This document shows, one piece after another, positions 19,527 to 29,934 of a stretch of DNA of 64,000 nucleotides. The DNA is from Tortispora ganteri (Eukaryota). The first letter of the stretch is position 1. Every line of letters begins with the position of its first letter. The notes below the pieces were generated by a model. That model ran no database searches and was not told the origin of the DNA. It saw nothing but the letters and a program-made list of their open reading frames with translations. The position numbers were made by a program, and so were the translations under genes. The DNA lies in the NCBI GenBank assembly GCA_003707115.1, contig PPNB01000029.1, positions 1 to 64,000 on the forward strand. Direction: 5' to 3'.

Positions 19527-20343
19527 CACTGTACCTGTCACTATCACAACTCAATCGAAATACGATTCTATTAGCTCCTTCAACCTGCTTTTTGTAAAAC
19601 TTTCAACTTAGCTTATTGTGGTGCTTGTTTAATAACACAATGATGCCTCTTTTTAGGGTCTGAATCACAGGTGGCTCTTCTGGAAAAAAATAACCCTAAC
19701 CTATTGAGCCCACCCATATATTATTTCCCGATTTAAATATATTTAAGGTTTGAGCTAATAGACTATATTAGGAAATTACACTCAAATTTAACTTCAATGC
19801 CAAGCTTCTAGGTTATGATTTTAAAACCTTATCTTGCAACCGCTCGGTCTTTTAAACTATCTGCGCTTGAGTCAAGCTAATTTAGATCTCGGCCTCCTAC
19901 ACCCGAGCTGTCCTAACTTAGCCATTAAAACACCCTTCTATACTTAGATTAGCTTATCTCTAACTCATTTTCATACATTTACGCACGTCGTAATCTATCC
20001 TTATCGCTTTCCAAAACCCCATTGACTTTATCTTTTCATTTGTGCGTTTACCGAAAATATCCACCATAACAGTTTCTCAATCAACCTCAGACACAATATA
20101 CAGCTTGGCAGCATAACTTCCCTGCTACTAAGACTTGCGTCATATCACGATCGACATTCGGGAACTTAAACCGACTCTTTCTTCATTCGTCTCACATATC
20201 CGATCAACCTTCCTGGGGATCTTTAAATCAAAAGTCAATTACCTATAATACGGCAATAAACGCGTCTATTAGTATTTAAGATAAGATATTCATGCTCTTA
20301 ATGCAATACATTCGGCTTTTCACTCTTTAATAACTCGTTTGCT

Positions 20344-23300
20344 TCATTCAGTACTACTGCTGACTCCTGAGAGCCAAGGATGTTTAAGCAAATCCAGCGC
20401 TCCTGGCCTCGTATTGGGATCCAAATCAAAACAGAACGCTAGGAACTGAAGACCCATTTTGCTTAAGTTCTCTTCAGTAGGTAATACTGGTTGGTGTCCA
20501 GTCGCAATATGATACATTATGGCCCATTCGTTGTCTAAATTGACCCAAGGCTGACGTCCAGTACACATCTCAATTAGACAACATCCAAGTGACCAAATGT
20601 CTTCACTTCCATGTTTGAATCCTTCGTGTCGGCCAGTAATGATCTCAGGCGACATATACATGGGAGTTCCTGTAAGAGTCTGTTTAGGAGAATCAGCTTC
20701 TCGCAAAAGTGTTTTCCCTTGTTGCGCTAACACTTTGGCAGCTCCAAAATCGACTATCTTCACAACCCCATTATGATCTAGCAATATATTTCCAGGTTTG
20801 ACATCGCGATGAACAATTCCAGCTTGGTGCAAATATGCCAGTCCTTGCAACATCTGTAAAACATACACCCTTATAACCAATTCATCCTCAATTCTCCCAT
20901 GAGCAAGCAAATCAGCTAGTGATCCTCCGTCACAATATTCCATAAAAATGTACACTTTGTCAATATGCACTTCAATCCCGTAATACTGAATAATGTTCGG
21001 ATGACTTAGCATTTCTAAAACTTTCATTTCATCCTTGATTGCATTAACAACAGTTCGCATATAATTTTTGTTCTGCATGCGCATTTCCTTCACAGCTAAT
21101 ATATCACCCGTATCAACTGTCACACCAATATATACACTTCCAAACGTACCGCCACCTATATATCGCCCCTGTTGCCATTTAAGAGATACATTTGATGCAG
21201 ACGAAGATAAGAAGCTTAAGAAGTGAGAGTCTGAGTTGTTATCATCTAGTACGCGTCCAACATCAACATTGCTCCCTAAAGACTCGTACTTCATTGCTTC
21301 CAGAGCGGTAAGTTTCTCCATAATTCTGTTTTGTCTTTTTTCTCTTCTTTCGAGGTCGCTGCTAGATAATTCAGTTTCCACTTTATGCATTTCTAGCTGT
21401 TGACTATCTTTTTGACGTCCACGTGCACCCATAATATCAAAATGCGAAATGAGAAGCGACATGCATCCTGCAACCTTGCTAGTAAGAAGATCGAATTCAA
21501 TATCTGATATCTCTAGAATATTCGCACCTTTCGTTGCAAACATTAAAAACTCTAAAGCTATCACAGTCCAGTGAAATGTCCGTCTGTCGGTGGAAGGACA
21601 TTCATCACAGATAAAACTAACCCATAATATTCCAAGCCTTATAAGATTGGCCGTATGCGATTTCCTGCGGAAAGGATCTGAAGGAAATGATTTCATAATA
21701 TTCTGCGTCAACTCTGCAGCGTATAGAAAATAGTGATGAATTACTTCATGGTGGCGATGGCAGTCCAATAGCTTGTCAATGGCCTGTGGCGAAATCAGCA
21801 TAATGGCCATTAATTTGTCAAACAAAGCAATTATCTTAGTTAGTTCGTAGTTGACTTTTGGTATTGTGGAGAATCTATGAAAATTCACTGGAGGTTCATC
21901 TACCAATATTTCGGCCAGTTTCGATCTTGCGTAGGTGATAGCATCTCCACCGCCATTAGATATTATCCATATAGCACCCTGAGGGATAGCTAGATTGCAA
22001 CTCAACTTAACATCAGATACTCTTCCTTTCCATAAGACAGGATCAGAAGGTGCTATAGCTATGATGTATGATGGTGGTTGCCCAGTGCTGACAGAAACTG
22101 AACTGCCAGATAGAAGGGTTTCCAGAGCTACCTTATCGCCCAATAATTGAGACTCTGCAAATATATAAAGACCTTCCATTTCACTTTGTTCTGGAAATGA
22201 CAAGAAATGATCGGATTTCATAAGCGCATCTATAAACGCAGTCAAGCCCTCGCGATCGACAGCGTATTCAATCACATTACTGAACTCAAAACAAAATGTT
22301 TTGTAGTAACGAAGAAGACGACGCTGGCTGCTTCTTATCTTGTTAAGGGCACGATTCAAGTTGGCTTCTATCGTAGCGGGATCAGCACTTCCTGAGCCTC
22401 GAATTTGGTACTGAGCAAATCGCGTTAGCTGGCTAAGCAATCTAGAGTGTATGGAGAGAAACATTTCTGCAAATCCGATATTAGTGCCCTTGAAGTATTT
22501 AGGAAATTCTTTAAAAGAATTCCATTCGGTTTCTATAACGTCGACTTCTTTAAGATAATTGTCTCCTTGAGCCTTGTTACCTCCATAAAGTTGGCGCTGT
22601 AAGAGATTGAAATAGAGCTCAACTGATTTGATGACGGTGTCATCGAAATTTCTGCCCAAGTACGTTTTCATATTCCAATTATGTGCAGGGGAAACAAATT
22701 TGAGGTAGGTTTCTTTAATATTCACCACTATTTCGAAAAATGGACGATAATGTGAAAGGAGCTGATCTATCATTATCATGCTAAGGGATTCGACATCGCT
22801 GACTTTGTTGAGATTGAAATGTAGAATATGAAGTGCTAAATGAGGATGACAAGTGGCGAGTTTTAGAACCATATCCAGATATGACGGGAGATTGAGCTCT
22901 TTGTAAATATCCCCAAATTCTATCACGGCATTCTTAGCTTTAAACATTAGATTGTGGCATCTTTGCATTAAATTTGCATTAAATAGCTCATCGATCTTGA
23001 ACCGCTTGAGTTGGTCTTCTAGGTAAGCATCCACTGTTTCCTTGAGGTAGTTAGGGTCGAATATAGTGCTAGTGAAATAATCAAAGAGTTCTTGGTTGTT
23101 GTTTGCGAGTTTCTTGACAGTGGTCAGGCTAGTATCTATTTCGCTTAAAATATTAGTCCATGAAACCAGAGCCTTGTATTTGCTCTGGAATGCCTTGGAC
23201 GCGACCATAGGTTTTTCGAGTTCAAGTGCTCTGCAGGTAGGCCACATTTCGTAAAGTTCGTCTATGATAGTGAGCATTTGATTGACTACCAATCTGGCAT

Positions 23301-23724
23301 CAGTGCAGTCTTCGGGCACCTTGAAGTTGATAAAATCGTCAATGAGTTTGTCGGCACTAGCGCGAGATCTTGATATGTACTTTCTCTGAAACTCTACAGT
23401 GCGATCGCTGCGGGCAGCAGAGACGCCGAGCCAAAGATCGTATTTGGAGTCTGGAAACTCAAAGGCGCTGTTGTTTGTGCGAAACCGTCTCTTTTCAGAT
23501 CTAAGAACATCGCTCGTGAGTGCGCAGACGAACATTGCCTGCCAGTCAAGTCTATGATTTTCGGCGAGGTCCTCCGCTGGCTTTTCGATCGCAGCCAACG
23601 GCTCTGCTCTAGTTATCTTTCCATTAGATGCAATTTTCGCAGTCTCGCTATCTTTAAAATCCCGCGAAATACCTGCAGTGGGGTCCTTCGTCTTGCTTAC
23701 AGCCGTATTTGGCGATACAGGCAT
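20344..23724 (-). CDS. SSK2: MAP kinase kinase kinase Ssk2/Wis4 family
   Basis: RLDWQAM..CALTSDVLRSEKRR N-domain, LLISHFDIMGAR and C-terminal kinase (WQQGRYIGGGTFGSVY, HRDVKPGN, DFG, GTPMYMSPE). First ATG at 23724. Confidence 0.93.
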   Translation of the reverse strand: MPVSPNTAVSKTKDPTAGISRDFKDSETAKIASNGKITRAEPLAAIEKPAEDLAENHRLDWQAMFVCALTSDVLRSEKRRFRTNNSAFEFPDSKYDLWLGVSAARSDRTVEFQRKYISRSRASADKLIDDFINFKVPEDCTDARLVVNQMLTIIDELYEMWPTCRALELEKPMVASKAFQSKYKALVSWTNILSEIDTSLTTVKKLANNNQELFDYFTSTIFDPNYLKETVDAYLEDQLKRFKIDELFNANLMQRCHNLMFKAKNAVIEFGDIYKELNLPSYLDMVLKLATCHPHLALHILHFNLNKVSDVESLSMIMIDQLLSHYRPFFEIVVNIKETYLKFVSPAHNWNMKTYLGRNFDDTVIKSVELYFNLLQRQLYGGNKAQGDNYLKEVDVIETEWNSFKEFPKYFKGTNIGFAEMFLSIHSRLLSQLTRFAQYQIRGSGSADPATIEANLNRALNKIRSSQRRLLRYYKTFCFEFSNVIEYAVDREGLTAFIDALMKSDHFLSFPEQSEMEGLYIFAESQLLGDKVALETLLSGSSVSVSTGQPPSYIIAIAPSDPVLWKGRVSDVKLSCNLAIPQGAIWIISNGGGDAITYARSKLAEILVDEPPVNFHRFSTIPKVNYELTKIIALFDKLMAIMLISPQAIDKLLDCHRHHEVIHHYFLYAAELTQNIMKSFPSDPFRRKSHTANLIRLGILWVSFICDECPSTDRRTFHWTVIALEFLMFATKGANILEISDIEFDLLTSKVAGCMSLLISHFDIMGARGRQKDSQQLEMHKVETELSSSDLERREKRQNRIMEKLTALEAMKYESLGSNVDVGRVLDDNNSDSHFLSFLSSSASNVSLKWQQGRYIGGGTFGSVYIGVTVDTGDILAVKEMRMQNKNYMRTVVNAIKDEMKVLEMLSHPNIIQYYGIEVHIDKVYIFMEYCDGGSLADLLAHGRIEDELVIRVYVLQMLQGLAYLHQAGIVHRDVKPGNILLDHNGVVKIVDFGAAKVLAQQGKTLLREADSPKQTLTGTPMYMSPEIITGRHEGFKHGSEDIWSLGCCLIEMCTGRQPWVNLDNEWAIMYHIATGHQPVLPTEENLSKMGLQFLAFCFDLDPNTRPGALDLLKHPWLSGVSSSTE

Positions 23725-24238
23725 ACTGGGCAGGTTATTGCGCACTATTGACTAGATAAGGACCAGGTTGATACCGTCAGAAAACACGCAAAGATACTGG
23801 TCAGTGCAATAAGTTTTAATATTATATAAATAACAAGAACAAAACCTAATATGTCATCAACTGAAAAGAAACTTGTTCAGATTTCTTCCAAAAAAAAAAA
23901 AATGGCGCGCAATATTGATCTGGGCGGGTGCGCGAGGTGTAAAGTGTAGGTCAATTGCCAACGGCCGGGTGGTGGGCTGGTGGGGAGCCAAGAGTAGGGC
24001 AGGGCCGCGACCATGAGCGTGTGTGTGTGTGAAGTAACGGCAAACGGTTATCGCAGGAATGATCACAGTCCTGATAATTGTAATAAGTAGCCTTTTTGTG
24101 CACTAATTAGCGCAAGTTAGATGTGGCACAAACGCTCAGTAGGCGCGGTCGGAGAAAGTACGTCTCAACGGTGTATAGGCACAGTCCGAGAAAGCCACGA
24201 CACGCAAGCCGTTATGTCTGCGCAAACACAAGAATAGT

Positions 24239-24997
24239 TCAGCGGAACTCATAAGCATAAGCTACGCCGTGATCAGGACGGTGCCCTAACTCGAGCTGCT
24301 GGTACTTCTCTGAGTCCTTGTGGTAATAGAGACCTGAAAAAGTTCCGGCCTCCTGATTAAAACATATATAGTAGAAACCTGCAAAAGATGCACCTGGTAT
24401 GTTATGTAATGTGTGATCTGGAACCAAAAAGCACTCTTTCCAGCGCATGTATATGTATTTCTTCTGTTCGAAGTTTTTGTGGACATAACTTCGCTGCATT
24501 GCGTCTTTATGAAGCAGCCGCCACGAAGGGAAACGACCCCAGTGGGTGATATCGATACTAGAATCGGCACCCCATTCCTTCTGATTTGTATAAAACGAGT
24601 ATTTTTCACTGATTATTTGTGCTTCAAAGTACGTAGTGAGCGTATCGAACTCTGCGGTCAATCCTTGGATAGTCAAGTATCCGCACATAAATGACTGCGC
24701 GAGATCTACATGTTTGATGACAACGTGGACCTCGTGAGTCGTATTTCCAGACTGTTGTGTGCCAGCAAACACATTGCCGGCACGTAATAAAGAGCACGAA
24801 GAGTATGTGCGTAGCCGAGAGGGACTCAGTTCATCATAGTACCCGAGCGTCGTAAAGCCTCCACGTGCATTGTCGCGGTCGGAATCAGCAGTCCCCGCAC
24901 GCTCCCCGGAAACACTCTTACGCTTACTCTTCCTTTTAACTTGTTCAGACTTCCGCGAGACGGGTAGATCGCTGTTCGTAATGTTTGACGTAGGCAT
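24239..24997 (-). CDS. VID24: GID complex substrate receptor Gid4/Vid24
   Basis: Start MPTS. F.GTQQSG, GYLTIQGLT, LTTYFEAQII, YMRWKECFLVPD, GASFAGFYYIC and SEKYQQLEL. Confidence 0.92.
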   Translation of the reverse strand: MPTSNITNSDLPVSRKSEQVKRKSKRKSVSGERAGTADSDRDNARGGFTTLGYYDELSPSRLRTYSSCSLLRAGNVFAGTQQSGNTTHEVHVVIKHVDLAQSFMCGYLTIQGLTAEFDTLTTYFEAQIISEKYSFYTNQKEWGADSSIDITHWGRFPSWRLLHKDAMQRSYVHKNFEQKKYIYMRWKECFLVPDHTLHNIPGASFAGFYYICFNQEAGTFSGLYYHKDSEKYQQLELGHRPDHGVAYAYEFR

Positions 24998-25266
24998 ATT
25001 GTTGAAGCGGTTGTAAAAAGCCCCAAGCAGGCGCGGTCTTTCACAACACAGCAGATTTAAGTACTCACAAGATAAATTCACGTGACCTTCCTACCTTATT
25101 AATTGTAATAAGCACCTGGTGGGCCTTCTAAAAAAGTCGTTGATGGAAAAATGCAGCCGTTAATGCAAGGCTATCCCTGTTATCAAAACGGTTAGGTCAG
25201 CAGAGTTGGCTTGCCTTGCTAGGTCGTCCCAGCCTTACAGATCGCCGCACAAGGTGGTGTTGATCT

Positions 25267-25280
25267 GTTGCTATGACAAC
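25267..25280. promoter_or_regulatory. RFX X-box GTTGCTATGACAAC
   Basis: Near-palindromic RFX consensus in the divergent VID24/SEC26 promoter. A TCACGTGA E-box also lies at 25078-25085. Confidence 0.55.
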
Positions 25281-25432
25281 ACAACCCCTTTCCCTTTTCC
25301 ACCACACTCTAAAAACCTACTCCTGCCACGCGCTGGCGTGGCTTTAGCTTCACCGACCAACACTCTCCTGTCCCCCTTCCACTCCACCTCCCCCCCCTTG
25401 TCGCATTCCGCTACCATCCTACTCCGTTAGTA

Positions 25433-28231
25433 ATGGCTGAAACCTGCTATACCGTTGTACGTGACCTTGGTTCGCAGCAGATATCCGTGTCTGAGGCAAA
25501 GACAAACCTTGAGAAGGGCACCGACGATGTCAAAATAGACACAATGCGTAAAATCCTTGTAACCATGCTCAACGGCGACAGCCTGCCGCAGCTCTTGATG
25601 GATGTCATCAGATTTGTCATGCCTTCTAAGAACAAAGAGTTAAAGCGTCTTTTGCACTTTTACTGGGAGATCTGCCCGAAAACTGGGCCGGATGGCAAGC
25701 CTAAACAAGAAATGCTGCTTGTTTGTAACGGACTACTCAGCGACCTGCAGCACCCTAACGAATACGTCCGCGGCGCGACTCTTCGCTTCCTTTGCAAAGT
25801 GAAGGAGCACCAGCTGTTTGAAACCCTGCTCCCCGCCTGCAGAGCCTGTCTCGAGCATCGTCACGCCTACGTTCGTAAGAACGCAGTCTTCGCTATCTAC
25901 TCCATCCACTCCCACTCTCCCGAACTTATCCCGGATGCCGCTGAGCTTATAGAAAATTTCCTGCAAAATGAAAATGATGCAACGTGTAAACGAAATGCTT
26001 TTGTCGCCTTAGCCGATATCTCTCCAGAACGAGCCCTCGCCTTCTTTAACGCATGGACTGAAAACGTTATCGCGCTCGACGAATTGCATCAATTGGCTGT
26101 TTTACAATTCATCGCCAACCATTTTTATAGTGACTTCGCTGATCGTGCTGCGTACTTGTCATTGGTAGCCGATCTCCTCGACGTCCCGTCGTCCGTCGTC
26201 TCCTATGAGGCTGCCACTGTTCTTACAAAGCTCTCCTCTACGCCTTCCGCCGTGTCTGCTTCTGCTTCAAAGTTCATATCCGCTTGTCTTGCAGAATCTG
26301 ATAACAATATCAAGCTTATCATTTTGTCTCAAATTGATGACCTGCGTGAACGCAATCCCGCAATTCTGGAAGATCTCACAATGGATGTTCTCCAGGTACT
26401 ATCCACTCAAGACAAAGATGTCCGTGAGAAAGCCCTTAATATTGCTTTAGAGCTTGTTTCTTCTCGCAATGCCCAGGAAGTCGTAATGTACTTGCGAAAG
26501 GAAGTGTTGAGACTGATCAAGTCAGGATCAGAAAGTGATCTTCAATACAGCAATCTTCTTTTGAAAGCTATTTTCGGATGCGCAATTAGATTTGGTGATA
26601 TCGCAAATACTGTTGTCGATTTGATTGTGCATGTCCTTCCCGATCTTGAAAAGAACACTGCTTCAGAGTGTTTAGAGTACTTAAAAGAAATCGTTGATAA
26701 ATTTGACGAACTCCGTCCGCTTGTTATCAAAATGCTCACAGATGTATTCTCTCAGTTACATTGCGCCAGAGTTCTTCGAGGATGCTTATGGATTTTAGGA
26801 GAGTTCTCTGCAACTGAAAGTGAGATAAGAAACACTTGGAAAGTTTTGCATTCGGCTATCGGCGAAGTTCCGCTGCTAGCAACTGAAACTAAAACTATTG
26901 AGGATGACTCTGAGCCGTCTGATGAACAGGGATTAGCATCTACTACCCAGAGAGTCTTATCGGATGGAACTTATGCCACTGAGAGTGCGTTTATATCTGG
27001 ATCGAATGCTGAGACAAGTAAGCACAAGAAGCTGTCGCTTCGTCATCTCATTTTGAAAGGTGATTTTTACGTTGCCTCCGTATTCTGCTCTACCCTTACC
27101 AAGCTTGTCCTGAGGTTTTCTCAGGTTTCTACTGATCAAAAGCGTCTCAATAGTCTTCGCTCGCAAGCAATGCTTATCATGATCTCCATTGCAAGATTAG
27201 GAAAGTCTTCAGTTATGAAAGAACCTATAGACGAGGATACAATGGATCGCATTATGACATGTTTCCGTGCCCTGCGTGACATGGATACTGTTACCGAGAT
27301 TACTGAAGCATTCCTTGATGACAGTTTACGTGCATTCCGCAATGTTGTAAAGTCCAAGGAAAAAGATAGGAATGAGCTTATGGCTGCTCAACTCTCGAAG
27401 AACTCAAACAGCGTGAGTGATCTTCTCGTATTCCGTCAGTTTAGTGGCATTTCTGAGCCTGAGCGTGTTCCGGAAGCTTACGGAAGTGGAGATGATAGTA
27501 GCGACACAGTGATGGAACTGCAAGGGGTTGTTCCTCTCACAGGATATTCGGATCCTATATATGCAGAGGCAAGTATCCGAAAGTATCAGTTTGACATTTA
27601 CCTCGACATTTTAATGGTCAATCAAACCCTGGAGACAAAACGAAATGTTTCTGTTGATTTAGAAGCAGTTGGAGATCTCAAGATCCTTGGAAATTGTGCT
27701 CCTGAGAACATTGGCCCTCATGATTTCCATTCGATCCAGATGAACGTCAAGGTGAACAGCGCTGAGACTGGAGTTCTCTTTGGAACCATTACATATGATG
27801 GAGTGAGTGCCAACGATATTGGTATGATTACTCTTAATGATGTTCAAGTTGATATTATGGATTACATACATCCTGGCAGTATATCCGATGCTGAGTTCCG
27901 CTCCAAATGGACAGAATTTGAGTGGGAGAACAATGTTGACGTTACTGCGACTAACTACAAGACGCTGTATGATTATCTGCAGAGTCTCCTAAAGGTTGTA
28001 AACATGCAATGCCTTACCTCGAAGCACGGTCTTCAAACCGAATCACGATTTTTAAGCGCTAATCTTTATGCACAAAGTTCGTTTGGCGATGATGCTTTAG
28101 CCAACGTAAGTCTGCAGCGGGAAAATGACGATTCTATATCTGGTCACATTAGAGTCCGATGTAAAAGTCAAGGACTTGCTTTGCTGATTGGAGAGAAGAT
28201 CAGTGCCAGCAAATCTCAAGCGAAGAAGTGA
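25433..28231 (+). CDS. SEC26: COPI coatomer beta subunit
   Basis: IRFVMPSKNKELKRLLHFYWE, DLQHPNEYVRGATLRFLCK, LEHRHAYVRKNAV, LTGYSDPIYAEA and FRSKWTEFEWEN. Confidence 0.97.
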   Translation: MAETCYTVVRDLGSQQISVSEAKTNLEKGTDDVKIDTMRKILVTMLNGDSLPQLLMDVIRFVMPSKNKELKRLLHFYWEICPKTGPDGKPKQEMLLVCNGLLSDLQHPNEYVRGATLRFLCKVKEHQLFETLLPACRACLEHRHAYVRKNAVFAIYSIHSHSPELIPDAAELIENFLQNENDATCKRNAFVALADISPERALAFFNAWTENVIALDELHQLAVLQFIANHFYSDFADRAAYLSLVADLLDVPSSVVSYEAATVLTKLSSTPSAVSASASKFISACLAESDNNIKLIILSQIDDLRERNPAILEDLTMDVLQVLSTQDKDVREKALNIALELVSSRNAQEVVMYLRKEVLRLIKSGSESDLQYSNLLLKAIFGCAIRFGDIANTVVDLIVHVLPDLEKNTASECLEYLKEIVDKFDELRPLVIKMLTDVFSQLHCARVLRGCLWILGEFSATESEIRNTWKVLHSAIGEVPLLATETKTIEDDSEPSDEQGLASTTQRVLSDGTYATESAFISGSNAETSKHKKLSLRHLILKGDFYVASVFCSTLTKLVLRFSQVSTDQKRLNSLRSQAMLIMISIARLGKSSVMKEPIDEDTMDRIMTCFRALRDMDTVTEITEAFLDDSLRAFRNVVKSKEKDRNELMAAQLSKNSNSVSDLLVFRQFSGISEPERVPEAYGSGDDSSDTVMELQGVVPLTGYSDPIYAEASIRKYQFDIYLDILMVNQTLETKRNVSVDLEAVGDLKILGNCAPENIGPHDFHSIQMNVKVNSAETGVLFGTITYDGVSANDIGMITLNDVQVDIMDYIHPGSISDAEFRSKWTEFEWENNVDVTATNYKTLYDYLQSLLKVVNMQCLTSKHGLQTESRFLSANLYAQSSFGDDALANVSLQRENDDSISGHIRVRCKSQGLALLIGEKISASKSQAKK

Positions 28232-28373
28232 TAATGGCGCCATAAAAGATATTTTCCTTTATATTTGTCTTTATTGAACTAGAGTTTCAAGTGTCACACT
28301 GTCTATCAAATAAAAATAATGGTTATAATTTCTAAAGATACAAAACATTAGTAGTTCGATTATTTTGATAAAG

Positions 28374-29807
28374 CTAAGCGAGAGTATGATCGTTATGGGG
28401 TTTTCTGTCGGCTAAAACTCTTCCAGCTTTTGGCAAAACTTCAACTGTAAACGGCGAAAGAGGGTATTGTTCTCCGTCTATAACCAGACTAGCGTTGTCG
28501 AATAGAGGAGTTACACGGAAAGCTTTTGCCTTAAGATAAGTAAGGTGTTTGAGGTGATAATGCTTTCCTGCTTCAATGTTCAGGAATAGTTTTACCATTT
28601 TCCAGAACGAGATTCTGTAATCGGCGAAAGATATGTCGACGGTGCCATCAGCTGGATGTGCTGCGGGAAATATGTAGGCGCCAATGGCCATCCAAGGGAG
28701 AATTCCTGCGTACAAGAAAGCCATGTAATCCAGTTTAATTCTGTGCCAACCGTCAGGACAAGTGTTTTGAGGCAAATGGTCCGTTTTCAGGTTAGAAAAA
28801 GTGGGCTTAATAGAGTTGGAGTCTGTGTAGGAGATGTCGAGCAATTTAGAGGACTCTCTGATTGTTTGCTTATCATCGGAGACCAATTTGTATTCGAGCA
28901 CACAAGGATAGTTTTTTCTAAATAAGACTCGTTTGGTTATTCCTATTGTAGTCCGTAAAGGGCCTAGCCAGCGTAAATCTTCTGATCCGATGTCTGCTTC
29001 AGCGATAAGGCCAATTGATTGTGAAAGAAAAGAGATGTATTTTGTGTCTTCTTGCGTAATAGCAGCCAGATCTACTGGATACTTTATGCCCTTAATTATT
29101 GAGAGCGATATTTCTTGGTCATCCATGTTTTTCACGAGATTTCGCACGAGCGCGTTGCCAGTGCCTCCTGGTATCATGCACACGGGCGTTTCCAGTGATT
29201 TTCTTGCATTGAGTGCGTTATACACTTCGTGTGGAGTTCCATCGCCCGAGACACACAGTATTCCGTCGATTGAGGCAAGATCATACCGTCTAATGACTTC
29301 GGAAGCATGGCCTTTGTTATTAGTGATGACGACGTCCAGGGTACACTGGGCTGCCTCGAATATATGCGCACAGCGGTTAAATGCCTTAATCGCAAGGCTT
29401 CTTCCGCTAGCCGGGTTAATAAATACCAGTAGTTTCTTGAACAGTTTTGCTTCTCCGTATGCGGCAGCCATGATCTGTTCTTGTAGACGCTGTGCGTCAG
29501 CGATATCCTGCGAGGCCACCGCAAGCTGTAGCCTGCAAACGGCGGATTTCTTGAGGTAAGTGACTTCAAGAACATTCTCATTCTGCGTGAATGCTGCGAC
29601 AAGCACGTCACGCAGAGGGATCGCTAGCGGCTGCCGTGTAGTGGCAGCCGTCGGTAAAGAGCCAAAGCAAAGTCGCGGGTACGACTTTGCGGCCGATTTA
29701 AGTACCGCACGCGGTCGGGTCGTCTTAAAGACAATAGCAGTCGTTCCTATAGACACAGATGCTAAATTTTCAGAGTCTTCGAACCCCAGCAAGGCTTCCT
29801 CATCCAT
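28374..29807 (-). CDS. LCB4: Sphingoid long-chain base kinase, Lcb4/Lcb5 family
   Basis: LVFINPASG, CVSGDGTPHEVYNAL, IPGGTGNA, DIGSEDLRWLG and IDGE DAGK motifs. Probable start MDEE at 29807. Confidence 0.85.
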   Translation of the reverse strand: MDEEALLGFEDSENLASVSIGTTAIVFKTTRPRAVLKSAAKSYPRLCFGSLPTAATTRQPLAIPLRDVLVAAFTQNENVLEVTYLKKSAVCRLQLAVASQDIADAQRLQEQIMAAAYGEAKLFKKLLVFINPASGRSLAIKAFNRCAHIFEAAQCTLDVVITNNKGHASEVIRRYDLASIDGILCVSGDGTPHEVYNALNARKSLETPVCMIPGGTGNALVRNLVKNMDDQEISLSIIKGIKYPVDLAAITQEDTKYISFLSQSIGLIAEADIGSEDLRWLGPLRTTIGITKRVLFRKNYPCVLEYKLVSDDKQTIRESSKLLDISYTDSNSIKPTFSNLKTDHLPQNTCPDGWHRIKLDYMAFLYAGILPWMAIGAYIFPAAHPADGTVDISFADYRISFWKMVKLFLNIEAGKHYHLKHLTYLKAKAFRVTPLFDNASLVIDGEQYPLSPFTVEVLPKAGRVLADRKPHNDHTLA

Positions 29808-29934
29808 GGCAGCAGGTCGGCAGAAGGGGGTGTGTGGTGTAAGGGTGGTTACTTGTGCAGGTTCTTGGGACGAAGGAAACCCTGGGGTGTGGGGAGTCCC
29901 TATTGGCTGCACAATCACAAAAATTCAGGCTCGT

